This document shows positions 1-13,314 of a stretch of DNA of 64,000 nt, piece after piece; within the stretch, counting starts at the first letter, position 1, and each line of letters starts with the position of its first letter. The translations under genes were made by a program, and so were the position numbers. This DNA comes from Azolla caroliniana (Eukaryota > Plantae > Polypodiophyta). Location: NCBI GenBank assembly GCA_043228905.1, contig JBHGNT010000108.1, forward strand, positions 1 to 64,000. Direction: 5' to 3'. The notes below the pieces were generated by a model. The model made no database searches, had not been told where the DNA came from, and saw only the letters and a program-made list of their open reading frames with translations.

Positions 1-75
1 TATGGTTCCTATAATTGTTCTTGATATTGGCTTTCTAAATCATGCTTTCTAGATCTCTCTCTTGTATACACACTT

Positions 76-527
76 GTTCAACATCGTGATTACTATTCAT
101 ATACTAATACAACAATAATGGTGGTCATTGCAATTAGGTGTTTATATTATTAGTAAGGATTAAGATCTAACATTAGCGAGAGTGATCCTGCCACAAAGTA
201 CCCGCGCTTAGGAATTCAACGCATTGGGTTCCATGAAACTTCTTATCATCATGAACCATCACCACTACCAATGAGAATCTAAGAGTCACAACACAAGTAG
301 AGTTCAACATCGTGATTACTATTAATATACTAATACAACAATAATGTTGTTCATTGCAATTATATGTTTATATTATTAGTAAGGATTAAGAGCTAACATT
401 AGCGAGAGTGGTCTTGCCACAAAGTACCTGTGTTTAGGAATTCAACGCATTGGGTTCCATGAAACTTCTTATCATCATGAATCATCACCACTACCAATGA
501 GAATCCAAGAATCACAACACAAGTAGA
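76..527. repeat. Tandem duplication, 2 x 226 bp
   Basis: GTTCAACATCGTGATTACTATT...CAACACAAGTAGA occurs at 76-301 and again at 302-527 with few substitutions. Confidence 0.9.
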
Positions 528-2496
528 CATAACATAATTCAAGATATGATGAAGTAAACTCTAAACCCTTTCTCTTGGTTCATGGCAATGCCAACGGTTG
601 TGCCACTGAAATATATGTAACATGAGAATGCTTTGAAAGGATATAGGGTTATCATAGTCAAGTATGGGGTTCGGTTTTAATGTGATTGCCAATACATATG
701 CTACATAAGAAATAGCAGCATTGAATTAGTTGAGTTTGTGATATATCATTTTAGACATAACAAAACATCCACCAAAGCAATTTTTGAAAGCATTGACATA
801 TATTACATAAGACACTTTAGACATCCCCAACAATTTGAAAGTTGAAGTCTCTAGGAATGGGTTTGAACTATAAAAAATCTTTGTTTTTGTGGTTTGAAAT
901 CATGCCCTCTTGCTAACAATTTGGTCATAAAAATACAGCTTAAAAATCACTCACTAGAAACCAAGGTTTGCTTGGGTTCCATACATAGTACTATAGTAGA
1001 TATATGTAGGCATACTTGCTTTGCCATTCAAATTAGTGGATATAGAGAATGCATTAATCACAATGTTAAAGGATAGTTTTTCAATCTCTAGATTTCCAAA
1101 ATTAATTTCTCTACTTATTGAACAAGCAAACCTCAATTCGCCTAAAGTTGATGAGATGCCATATAACCTTTGAGGTGCTTTATGAATATATATAATATCT
1201 TCAAAAGTTTACTTTCCACCACAATCATCAGAAGTGCACTTTTTCGTTGTTCCATTCACGTTTTACGAATAACATCTAGAATAGGATAATGGTGTTCCCT
1301 ACATAAGACTATCAAAATGATCTTAAAAGATATATGATGGGTTTTTGAAATCCCACTCTCAATTGGTAGTATATATGTAGATTATCCAAGTGAGCCATTA
1401 AGAAGAAGAACTTTAATATATATGATCATGATTTAAGTTTAATATGTTTGAACATTTTCTTTCTAAATGCTTCAATGAATTGAAATCTTGACATTATTGA
1501 TGTTCCTATGACATGTTCATTAAGTAATTCATTATAATATTAAGTTGAATTGCAAACATTGATAGAGGGTCATTAAACAATTGTAATATGCAATTTGGCA
1601 ACAACAACAAAAACATGATAAGAATATTGAGAATGTGACGGTCGTATAACCTTTCACCCTACATGAGAATTCTTATTATAAGCGTCTAGTTCATGTTTCA
1701 AATGATTAAATAAACAAATATCGAGGGAATATTATAAATACCCCTCTTGTATGGAGCATTATTGATTACCCCACATCGTTTTTCATAATACCAAAACACC
1801 CAATCAAGCAATAGAAACACGAAACTTTTTTCATGACCTAGACCTTAGTTAAAAGGAAAAGTTATTAGTGAACGGGAAACTAGATCAACTGATATTTTAA
1901 AAAGACTCACGGTGATCTAATTAATTTATTAATTTAAGAAGGTGAGCTTATTTGTGCACTAATATCACTTGAACTCCTCGATTATCTTGTCAAGTGTGTA
2001 AGCTAAACAGAAGAAGAAAGAAATAAACCGACCCCTAATCCTCTCTTTTACGCTTTTAGGTGGTTTATACATGATGAAATCTTCAATGGCCATCATTTAA
2101 AGTAATTAACATTGATTATCGATGGTGGCACATCTTAAAATGTAGTTGGCATTCTACATTGGCATTTGTAGTGAAAGTTTTCATTTAATGGCAAGCAAGC
2201 TATAGCAATCTATGAAAGTTGATAGGGAGTATAGACATGGCAATTTTGTTTATTTAACCAAGGTGAAATTGTTCTCTTGACAAAGTGTTCATGTCGCATA
2301 TTAGCACCACTCGATTATGTCACCATTGTAGTGTTTGTCACAAGCACTTAGCTATATAATTGTGGTTTTAATAAGAGAAGAGAAAGTTTTACTATCATGT
2401 TTCGAGAGGTGAAATATGACTTCGGAAACCAATTAAGTGAATGATTTTTCTACATGTCAGTATGTGTGAAATTGACTAGTGATTGGGGAGCAACAA

Positions 2497-2775
2497 AACA
2501 AACCTCCTCCATAATGTGGGGATTAGATGCAATATATTTGCAGGTCATAGTGGCTGCAGATGAAGAGCAAAGAGCAACTCCAGGGTTTCGCCCCGATGAA
2601 GGGAAGGCTAAAGACGGCCCCGAGGTAAGGGAAGTTTCATCTCTTCCCAGCTCTTATTCTTATCGCTTGAAGGTCTCCATAGCTCCTATACCACTGCTAT
2701 GAAGAGTAATAGAGACAGAGTAATCCCAACAATGAGCTCTACAGGAATGGTGGAGGTGAAGCTCACCATAGCCAT
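2497..2775 (-). pseudogene. Heavily deleted CYP716-like exon-1 relic
   Basis: Starts [16 protein letters not shown] (ATG at 2775) and keeps the LPLPP region. It is then fused directly to the TMTCKYIASNPHIM segment from the end of exon 1; the middle of the exon is missing and it is frameshifted. Confidence 0.85.
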
Positions 2776-4577
2776 GCTGCACCAATGCTAGTGGTAGTTC
2801 TCTTTTTTCTTTTCCTGTTTTTTTTAGTAAAGATCTATGTTTGTTATTAAAACAAAGATGGTAATACAACCCTTTGGTTATCTTCACAACTTCTTTACTA
2901 CCCATACGGAAAGTGTTGTAATGCTAGATGACTTCTTTTTCTTCCCTCCAATTATGTGCCAATGAACGTTCACCAATATGTTTGAGAACCATATGTATAT
3001 CCAAAAATGTAAGCCGCCATAGCCGATCAAACCATACACACATGCATCGAAAGATGTCCCCATCCCCGCATGTGTTCAACAAGTCTTTAATATATATCTC
3101 TATGTGTTCAACAAGTCTTTAATATATATATCTGCATGTCTGCAAATAGTGCCTTGAGTATATTTCTACTTGGGATCGGGTCGAACCTTTTTATAAATAT
3201 AGGGAGGGACCAATGTGTCATACCAATTAATTGAAGACAAGCATCGGGAATCATGGGAATGGGTCAACCTCGATCTCATCTTGATTGTCAATAAACCAAG
3301 GCAAAGGGCCTCGAAAAGGGTCTTGGTTATCGATCACTCCTCCTTGAAACAAGCCGAGCTATATTTAATGACAAATTCCAAAATGCTTATAGCTTCTAGA
3401 ACTTCCTAGATAGGCAACATTCTAAACATGCCCCAAATACGCAAATTAGAGGTTACTTTATGCTTTACCAAAGGAATGGCCGAGCATCCTCCATCTTTTT
3501 GTACATGATTATTTTACTTTAGAGAAATTGAAGCTTAGACCTTGCCAAACCAACATAACTAGTAGTTAAGTAAAAAATATCAAGGATCTTTCTTCCTCAC
3601 CATAGCCAAACCATATATTTGAAATGTGAACTATCCAAAGGTCTCCACATTTCCTCTCCTTTTCCCTTTTATCTCTCAAGCTTATAGAGTCATGAAAATA
3701 AATTCAAATTGTATTGCAAGTGTCATGTGTAAGGCGTGAAACCATAACGTTACACACATAGCACCAAGGTGTTACCATTAGGATACACATTTCTACATTA
3801 ATTGATTGTAACATTTGAGTATGCTTTCTGCATATTTGTGACCACACCAAATGCTTGAACGAATTCCTTGCACAATCACAATATGCACTCTTCATCTCAA
3901 CATTCATTGGTAAAGTTCTTGATAATCGAGAGTCACTACTCACTACTCACTTTCACATGTAGCACATGAAAGTGTTATATTTTTTGTCTCATAGATCATA
4001 TTTGACCTCTAAAGATGTTAATAAAATGTATCTATCTCTCTCTCTAATCCTAAACCTTATCTTACGCTTTTCACATCCAAGATTAAGCCCTAAGTCTTTA
4101 CTTTAAATACTTAAGCTCCATTCTTGTATTGTAAGTATGATTGGTCGAGATATTGTTGATCAAACTTTTTGTTTGATATTTTGTCCTCTTCTTATGTTTG
4201 GTGAGTAAGCATCTTCCACTAACTTAACTCTTTCATTGTTTGTGTTAATTTTTCGTTACTGATAAGAGGAGAGGCACATGATTAGAGAGTTTGATTAGGA
4301 AGAAAAGGAAATATTGATAGATATGCTCAAGAGTTGTTGACACCGACTTCTCACGTGCCTCACCACAAAAGGGTCCCTGCAAACCTCATCCCTCGCAGTG
4401 ATCAAACTCAAAGATACCCATTAGGTTAATGCATTAGCCCAAAATGACAACCATCTTCTCGATAATTGGCAACGAATGCACATTGATATTGTCATCCTTC
4501 AAGCAAGAAGAATAAGAGCCATCAAGACAAACAACTTCTCTTATCTCCTTCTTGTTCTGGCCTTCCCTTCATCAACA

Positions 4578-4778
4578 AATATTCGATCCATTGTGCTTTG
4601 AAGGAGCAAGCCCCACTCCATTCATGTTTGTCCGTTTAGAAATTTTGGCACTCATCAATTGCTTGGTCACTCATTTCTCGTGGATCCTTGAGGGTCCCAA
4701 CAAAGTCACATCGATCGACCTCCTACCCTTCCATTTGAACGAGCTTCCAACATCCTCCTTCACCTTCACATTACATGA
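4578..4778 (+). pseudogene. Inverted, degenerate copy of P450 exon 3 lacking the heme motif
   Basis: The ORF track reads FDPLCFEGASPTPFMFV-(gap)-EILALINCLVTHFSWILEGPNKVTSID, matching exon 3 ([17 protein letters not shown]...[21 protein letters not shown]). It ends in ATTACATGA like genes C, E and F, and lies on the opposite strand to all other copies. Confidence 0.85.
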
Positions 4779-5267
4779 TCTGATTTTTGACCATAATGTA
4801 GCTTTGGCATTCATAACCACCCAAATTGTACCCATACATTTATTTATATGCTTCGGAATTTGGCAAACCTTAGAGGGATGTACATTTGTTCAACTGAATA
4901 ATTGACAAAACACCCTCCATAAGTTTTAACAATGATATACTTCACATTGTTTTCGTGTTCAAGCAAATTTGAGGTCTGGCATTTTGACTAATATTTATAT
5001 GTATATTATAACATGATTGAGATTAAAAACATGTGGGAGTCAAAAGTATCACATTTTGATTAATTGTGTCGTATTCTACCACATTCAAGTCAATTTGGTC
5101 CACTCTTTGCACACATCGTCGTGATGTGGGAGCGGACATGAAGGAATAGGATAAACTAAATTACAATACGAAGGATTGAAGGAAAGGTAGAAATACGAAA
5201 AGAAGGTAATGACACAAGACGAAGTTAGATATAACAAAAGACTTAGCTCAATCGTCAAAAGCTTATA

Positions 5268-5403
5268 AAAACGTTTTACCTTATAGTAAATAATGAATAC
5301 AAAAGTATGGTATTTACCATACTTGGAGGGTGTTTACCATACTCGAACTATCGAAACATACTCGAGTGTGAATGCACATATGGTACATATGGTTCATACT
5401 ATA
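5268..5403. mobile_element. Partial hAT-type MITE (same family as 8197-8444) about 170 bp downstream of the gene A stop
   Basis: Shares TAAATAATGAATACAAAAGTAT...GGGTGTTTACCATACTCGAA...CATACTAT with 8197-8444. Confidence 0.75.
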
Positions 5404-5573
5404 GAATTTCCATAACCCCCGCTTATTTTGCAAATAAACTAAAATTGAATATAAACAATGGATTATTCTCTCGACAAATAAACGTCGAGATAACATACTC
5501 TCAAGTCCGAACACCCTGAAGCTACTTTTATTGTTGCGATTTTCGAGTGATTGCGCGGTCATAGGGAATTGAA

Positions 5574-7283
5574 TCAAAGAATGCGTGGTATCAACAAGAT
5601 AGGAAGCCCCTTGACAGGGAAAGGCAAAGGGTCCATTGATATGAGTTCGTTGGGATCCTCGAGGGTCCACGAGAACCGGGTGACCAAGCGATGGAGGATC
5701 GCCAGAATCTCCATGCGTGCGAACTCGTTGCCCGGACACATCCTCGGGCCGCCACCGAATGGGACAAATGTGAATGGAGCCGGGCCCGCTCCTTCGAAGC
5801 GTGATGGATCGAACTTCTCGGGCGCCCGGAAATACTTGGGGTTGCGATGGGTGGAGTACACGGACCAATATATCTGTGTGCAGAGAAAAATAACAAACAA
5901 TGCATGAGTGATGGATTAGTCTAGCTTCTATGCTGGAAGTTTGTCATTGATTCTATGCCATTCTCTCTCTCTCTCTCTCTCACCTTCCATGATTTGGGGA
6001 TTCTGAAGCCATCGAAGCTCATGTCTTCCTCTTGTGCCACTCTGAATGACCCCTGCACTGCTGGCAGCAGCCTCATCGATTCCTGCACTACCCTCCATGA
6101 AAGCTTCATCTTCTGTGTATCTCCCCAATTCAACAGCTCACCGGGGGCCTTGCTTGCAGCGATCTCCTTGTTCTCTGAGTAATCACCACCAAAATACACA
6201 TACAAATATCATTATTAAAGACTCTTCTTATGTGCGCTGTGACCAAGAATTGAGAATGATTGGGGCGGTGAAGGCCAACAAACAAAACCTACCTCTGTAA
6301 ACTTCATCCATAATGTGGGGATTAGATGCAAGATATTTGCAGGTCATTGTGGTTACAGAAGTGCTGGTATCATGGCCTGCAAAGAGCAACGTGAGGATGT
6401 TGTCCTTGATGGCCTTATCGCAAAATGGTTCTCCCTGCTCATCCCTATAGTCCAGAAAGCCAGAGAGGATGTCTTCTTGTCCAGTGACCAAGCCAGCATC
6501 CATATCCCTCCTTCTCTCCTCGATCCATACCTGCAACCGCTTTCGTATCGCATCAGAAGCTGCGTGTGCTTTACTATATGCTGTTCCTGGGATGTTGATT
6601 GGCAGCTGAACGAAGCCTTTCACCATAGTGTCGAAGAGACCATGGAGCATATCTTGATCTTCTCTGTCCCCTCTACCAATGAAAACCTCGCAAGCTATGG
6701 AGAACATGAGCTTCTTCATAAGGGGGAAGAGAGCAACCTTAGATTGGCCTTCAAGGTGATCTCTTATGAATGCGAGCGCAATGCGATCGGCGCGGCTCAT
6801 GTATCTTTGCAAGGATTCGGGCCGCAAGAACAGCATGAGCGCATTGCGTATGCGAGTGGCACGATGTCCGACACACCCCAGGAGGGATTCATTGCCGAGA
6901 ACAGAGACAACGTTAATGGGCCACATGGAGTAGCGGTTAGAGAAGGCTACCTTGTTACCCGACGGGCTAGCGAGGACTATTGTTGGACAAGCTATTAGGC
7001 TCGTCTTGAAGGTCTCTCCATAGGCTGAGATGCGGTCATCGATGAATTTCCACGGGATCCCATTCCTTAGGTCTTGGATACACTCTAGGCTTTCGCCGAC
7101 AAATGGAAGGCCGAAACGACCCGGAGGTAAGGGAAGTTTCTTCTCTTTCTGCATCAGATTCTTATTTTTCTTGCTTGATGGTCTCCATAGCTGCTGTAGT
7201 GCTACTATGAGGAGTAGTAGAGACAGAGTAACCCCAACAATGAACTCTACAGGGATGGTGGAGGTGAAGCTCACCATAGCCAT
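5574..7283 (-). CDS. CYP716: Cytochrome P450 gene A, CYP85 clan, CYP716/CYP725-like (putative terpenoid oxidase). Exons 7283-6293, 6174-5984, 5873-5574; 493 aa
   Basis: N-terminal TM anchor, LPPG hinge, I-helix LFAGHDTS, ExxR (ESMR), FDPSRF and heme motif [14 protein letters not shown] introns in phase 1 and phase 0 give a continuous 1482-nt frame. The symbol is family-level only, recognised from motifs. Confidence 0.93.
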
Positions 7284-7466
7284 ATTTGGCCAATGCTAGA
7301 GTTAGTTCTCCTTCTCCTTCTCGCCAATATATGTCGATGAACGTGGACAAATGAGAAGCATATGTATATCCAAAAATTTAAGCCGCCTCATTTACTCCAT
7401 TACCATTGCCTATCAAACCATACAAACACGCATGTGTTCAACAAGTCTTTATATATATATATATAT

Positions 7467-9150
7467 TGTGACGTACACGTTTAGAACGAAATTCTGATGA
7501 CTTCCATTAGCAATTAGGCTTATTTACACTCTTTATGGTCGTTCAGGTTACATTATTGGTTCGAGCCTTAACTACTCATTTGTCTCTTCTTGATGTGCAT
7601 TGATTCGACTTGGGACCGAACCATCTTGTTTTGGTCCCATCACTTGACACCTCCCCCCTTTAGAAATTGAAAGCTAAGGTATTAGGCGTTTCACAATTGA
7701 CAGCCCAAATTTAAAATGTGTCTTAACGTTGGATAATTGTCAAGACACTTAAGAAATTTAACAAGAAAAGGTTAGAATTTTTATTGTTCCCTTTCTAAAA
7801 TGAAAATCAAGGTTTTGGACTCTGCTTATTCCTATTGTTTTGCCATTGCGTGGTTCGTCGGACTGTTCGTTGACTCTGCTACTTCATTGCTTGTGTTCGG
7901 TGGAGGGACCAACGCAACTGATTCAAGTATCTATTTTATTGGTGAAATGTGTGCAACAGTCTCGGATGTTGTATCCATTCATCATAGCCGATAGGTGTTA
8001 GCCCCGATGCGGTGCATCACCTGATATGGACCAAGTCATCGATGCATAAAAAACTCACAAAGTCCTACGCGGTGGATAGGGTAATAAACCCTAACCTGGT
8101 TCCCCGATGTCAAACTCACTTGGCTAATGTGTGGCGTCAAAATGCTTCTTCTGATGTTGTTGTGCCCGTTAGAGGACAAGAACATTGGATTGCAAGCATA
8201 GTATGTAATATACTCGAATGTATTGGCAAACATTATTTTTAATACGAATGCAAACAAATGTGTATGTTATCAAAACATTCTTATGGTTTTTTTTTACACT
8301 TTTTACCTTAAAAAGAAAACTACCTTATAATAAATAATGAATACAAAAGTATGATATTCTATACTTCGAGGGTGTTTACCATACTCGAATGATTGAAACA
8401 TTCTCGAATGTGAATGCATGTATGGTACGTATGATCATACTATGATTGCAAGTATAACCACCATGTTGCATCGGTGTGATTAGTGTCTATCTTGACAGAC
8501 TGTGGGTCTGGCAAAAGTCACGGATCCCTACTGTATAATGCTTGGAATGGACTCACCCTGGTTTATTCTTGAACCGAGGTGTTGTAAGCATGTACCGTGA
8601 ATGGGAGTACTTGATCCCACGATTGGTGAAGCAGATCAACGTAAGTTGGTATCACTTGTTTGACAATTTTGTAATTCATCCTTTCTGTGAGCCCATTGGT
8701 TTGAGGATGGCACAGTGAGGTAAATAACTGCTTGATCCCTAAACTTTGTGCAACTATTTTGGTAACTTCACTTTGAAATTAAGATCCCTAATCCAAAAGG
8801 AGTTGTTGTGGACACCCATGGGGGGAATGACGCATCGCAATATTGCACTTGCTTCTGTACTTGTTGTTGAATAACGTAAAGCGACGGCCTCACACCAACG
8901 CATCAGGTACCCTGTGATCACTAATATGTATTTGTTGGTGTCAATGATCCGCACGTGGATTGCAAGTAAACCCCAACACGTGGGGCATGATTAGAGGAAC
9001 ATTGATATTGATTGTTGCAACATATCCATTGGAGAATTTTATAGAACCGAAATGGCCAGATAGTTTATGACTATGATAGAAATCAAGGTATGTCGTTCAC
9101 AATGTTGCGGGGACATACAATCATGGTGGAAGTCCTGGATTTACATAATA
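7467..9150 (-). mobile_element. Ty3/gypsy remnant: integrase fragment, PPT and 183-bp 3' LTR (7467-7649)
   Basis: On the minus strand a PPT (AAAGGGGGGAGG) is followed by TGTCA...TCACA. The upstream frame reads NKYILVITGYLMRWCEAVAL (integrase core). Paralogous copy at about 26721-30630. Confidence 0.75.
8197..8444. mobile_element. hAT-type MITE, 248 bp
   Basis: TIR CATAGTATG/CATACTATG; perfect 8-bp TSD ATTGCAAG (8189-8196, 8445-8452); absent from the paralogous site near 29810. Confidence 0.9.
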
Positions 9151-9949
9151 GAGAAATATATATATATATATATGTCGATAAACGTTGACCAAGGAGAAGC
9201 ACATGTATATCCAAATATGTAAGCCGCCTCTTCTTCTCCTTCATCTTCACCATAGCCAATGAAACCATACACACATGCATCCAAAGATGTCCACATCCCC
9301 GCATGTGTTCAACAAGTCTTTAATGTCTATGTATCTATCTATCATGTGTGTATGCATGCATGCATGCTTTATTAGATCGTGAGGTCCAAACAAGGAGTGC
9401 TGATAGTAGACAATAAGTAGGTGCGAGTATCTAAGAGGGACAGTGAGAGTTAGAGAAAAGGTTTAGGGTTTAGGATTTTGGGTTTGGGTTTTGGTTTAGG
9501 TTTTAGGGTTTGTTGATCACGATGTTTAGGTTAAATGTTTGATGTGGAGTTAGTGGGGGGTTATGGGTAGTAGTTGGGGCTAAGAGATATGATGGGGATC
9601 TTGGAGAAAAAGAGGTAGGTGGCTAGAAAGCATGAATTTAGAAATGAGGGAAGAGGGGTAAAACTTTAAAAAAAAGGGGGGGGAGGGGGTCAGAAATAAG
9701 AAGTGGGGGGAGGGTATGAATTAAAATTTTAGAGAAAGGGGAGGGGTAGAGTGACATTAGTGAAAGAGGTAGGGGTAGAGTGGAATTAGAAAAAGAGAGA
9801 GGGAGTGGTATAGAGAGAAATTTGTTAAAGTGAAGAGAGAGAGAGAGAGAGAGAGAGAGGAGTGAGAATTAGGAGGTATGGGTAGAGGGATAAATGGTGA
9901 AAAGTTGGAGGAGTAAAGTAAAATATATTTTAGAAGAGAGGTAGGAGAG

Positions 9950-12900
9950 TGTTGAGAGATCAAGCTCAACTTAGTTTAGTAGTTAGTCAACACATGTAAC
10001 TTAGTAGTTACCTAGATAGAATCTAGTTAGTGTGTTGACCATAAATCCTTAAATAGGATTTTGTACTCGAGTGGGATACATTGTAGATCCACCACTCCAT
10101 GCTCATTTAATATATGACTTACACGTTGTACCTATATTCTCCTAGCACATGTGCACCCTTGCACATAAAACCTATATATACCTCATTGAAGGTATTTTTG
10201 TATTTGATGATAGTTGATGATATTTACCTTTTAATATACTTTATCATCCCCCATTTTGTTTTGAGTTCATAAGTGTACTTCTCTCTCTCTTCCTCTCACG
10301 CACACATACATGCACATATCACTTAATCTTCCGCTACGTAATCGCTTAACTTAATCACATAATTAGGTAATAATTATTCTTTAATTAATTACCTAATCCT
10401 TAACATGGTATCAAAGCGTGTGGTTTAGCATATCCCCTAAGCCCACCCACACTCCGTGATTGTGTGTTCGAAACGCCAACAACAAATTTCGGCCATCCGC
10501 TACCGTAGTGCTGCCACATAGCACATCTACGAGACGAAAGGAAGAAGAGCCAAAAAGGAAGACACAACAACAAAATGAACACACAAATGGGTAGCTCGTT
10601 CCCTAGTGAAAAACTAGACTAGAGCAATTATTCATCTTGGGAGTACAAGATGACCCAATACCTCGTCGGCCAAGGGTATTGGAGCTACATTAACGACGTA
10701 CTCGAGAACAAGCCCGATAACACAAACGCCAACTACCCAACGTGGGAGCAAGGAGCGAGTCGGGTAATCAATTGGTTGGCAACATGTGTCCACGACCATA
10801 TGCTTAGCCACATTCGAGACGCCAAGACGCCTAAAGAGGCGTGGGAGAACTTAAAGAAAATGTTCGCCACTAACACGACCGCCCACAAACTTCAACTCCG
10901 GCAAGAGTTGAATAACATTCGGCAAAAAGACATGTCCGTGTCGGACTACACCGCCAAAATCAAGAGCATTTGTGACTCGCTTGGCTCCATCAACATAAAC
11001 CTCGACGAAGACGAGATGGTTCAAGTATGCTTGGGCGGCCTCGCACAACAATTTGATCCACTATGGACAACAATCTTGGCGAGAGATAACCCTCCTTCAT
11101 TCTTCGACCTCCAATCCATGTTATTGGTCGAAGAAAACCACGTCCAAACCAAAAGCAAGGCACCGGAAGGAAAAATGTTCTTCTCGAATTCAGACAGTGG
11201 TTGTGGAAGAGGTCGTGGCGGTAGAAGAGGAAGCTATCGAGGAACCTTCGAAAGAAGGGGGAACTTCCAAGCCGAACAAAGTCGGCAAACGAGGCCCGCA
11301 ACTTGCAATTATTGCGGCAAAATCGGCCACTATGAGGCGGAGTGTCTGAAGAAAAGAAGCGAGTCGGCGTCGACAAGCCGACAACTCACAAACTACGCCA
11401 ACAACTCCGAATACGATGATTATGGCGGACTATTCGTAATGAGGCATAGAGTGAACTCTATGACGGCCTCCAACTCCGCAAGCGCCTACAACTCAGAAGA
11501 TGTGTGGTTCGTCGATTCCGGTGCCTCACATCACATGACATCTCACGAAAAGTGGTTTTGTGATTTATGAACGCCGGATCGACCCAACTTCATAGAGACG
11601 GGAGATGACACCACGCACCCCATTCGGCACATCGGCAATGTCCCATTCGGGAAAGAAGGTGAGCAAACTTGCATAAAGAATGTCTTGCAAGGGCCCACAA
11701 TAACGAAGAATTTGGTCTCGGTCGGCCAAATCGTGGAGCAAGGCATGCAAGCCCGCTTCAACAACGAAGGTTGTTTCATTGAGAAAGATGACCGACTCAT
11801 AGCGAAGGGGCGGAGAGACGACTGAATGTTCATCCTCGATTCGAACGAGGTGAAATTGGCAATGTACGCTAAAGGTCTCAAAAACGAGACGAACATCGAG
11901 TTGTGGCACAAAAGAATCGGCCACATCAACCTCCAATAGCTTCGAGCTATGCAAACAAAGGGAGTCGTCATCGGACTTCTGACATTCGAGTCGACCGAGT
12001 CTGCGAAGCGTGTCAACTCGGCAAACAACATCGACCCCCATTCCCGAAGGAGAGCTCCGCAAGCAAAGGCCTCCTCGACATAATACACTCAGATGTATGG
12101 GGACCAACTCAAACGCCGACGATCGGCGGATCCTGATACTACGTAACCTTCATCAACGACTACTCGCACTACGCGTGGATCTACCCGATGAAGAAGGAGA
12201 GTGAAGTGTTCTCCCACTTCCAAAAGCTCAAGGGGCAAGTCGAAAAAGAAACCGGTCGTCACATTCGATACCTACGATCTGATGGAGGAAAGGAGTACTT
12301 CTCCGACGAGTTCACCTCCTACCTCCAAAGTGAAGGCATTCGGAGACAATTCTCATGCCGACACACACCCCAACAAAATGGAGTTGCCGAAAGGAAAAAT
12401 CGGCAAATACTCAAGGTAGCACGCGCCATGATGTATGAGAAGCACATGCCGAATTTCTATTGGGCCGAAGCGGCATCCACAGCCGTCTATCTCATGAACT
12501 AGTGCACCACCAATGGAGTCCATGAGCTAACTCTATACGAGCTCCTCATCGGAAGGAAGTCGATCCTGTCGCACCTCAAGGTGTTCAGAAGCATTGCGAA
12601 TGTACGCATCCCGAACGAACAACGATAGAAGCCCGACGCGAAGTTGGAGGAATGTATCCTCATAGGATACTCGTCCGAGAAGAAGGCGTACAAGTGTTTC
12701 AACCCTTCTACCCGAGCGGTTTGGGTAAGTCGAGACGTAGTCTTCGACGAGTCCGCATTGTGGTACGTACCAGAGGCAACTTCGACTCTAACTTCGGTCG
12801 ACCCAGAATGCGCCAAACAAGAGGTAGAAGATGGAGATCATTTCGAACACATGTTCGATGAAAGTCCGATTACGATTGAGCTTAGTGGACCACAAGAGCC

Positions 12901-13314
12901 CCCACACAACCCAAGCACATCGCGGCCAAGTACGAACCCAAGGTAAGATGCCCGAATACGAAGTTGATCACCCCGACGACAATGATTCAGATGGATCGGC
13001 TCCCTCACTAGATAGTGAGTTCAGTGTACCCATCATGCGTACACCCGAAGTAAAGAAGGCGCTCACATCGGCGAGCGAAAAACTTTGACGCTCTTCTAGA
13101 GAGAAGAATCTCGTCGCTCGGCTCGGCTAAAACGAGTATATGGCCCATCATTACGCCTTCGTGATAAAAGTAGCGACCGACAAGAGCCCAAGAGCTCCAC
13201 CGAAGTGGCTCGTAACCCACGATGGGTGGAAGTAGTCGACCTACACCCACATGCTACAAGCCTTCGTCACCGGCTTGAGGGGGAGTTCCTTAATTAATTA
13301 CCTAATCCTTAACA
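9950..13314 (+). mobile_element. Degenerate Ty1/copia LTR retrotransposon (gag-PR-INT with stops; RT/RH deleted; 3' LTR vestigial)
   Basis: 5' LTR 9950-10405 (TG..CA); PBS TGGTATCAAAGC 10406-10417; zinc knuckle CNYCGKIGHYEAEC; protease DSGAS; integrase HSDVWGP, RSDGGKEY and QQNGVAER; PPT 13276-13285; TSD GAGAG on both sides. Confidence 0.92.

Larger units (their letters stand above)
1509..9321. repeat. Segmental duplication unit A (paralogous to about 21181-30790, unit B)
   Basis: TGACATGTTCATTAAGTAATTC starts both units. Blocks 1509-2340, 2890-3890, the P450 gene, the gypsy remnant and the promoter module recur in the same order in unit B. Confidence 0.85.

Noticed and set aside
560-1480. 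Possible very old L1 remnant on the minus strand
   Set aside because: Only scattered Trp-containing fragments; no motif could be read with confidence.
6315-6998. 227-aa plus-strand ORF (also 25525-26208) and similar antisense ORFs over the P450 and copia genes
   Set aside because: Shadow ORFs on the antisense strand of real coding sequence, with no independent domain.
7494-7510. CTGATGA strings at about 7494 and 26748 as hammerhead cores
   Set aside because: No stem II followed by GAAA and no closing stem I.
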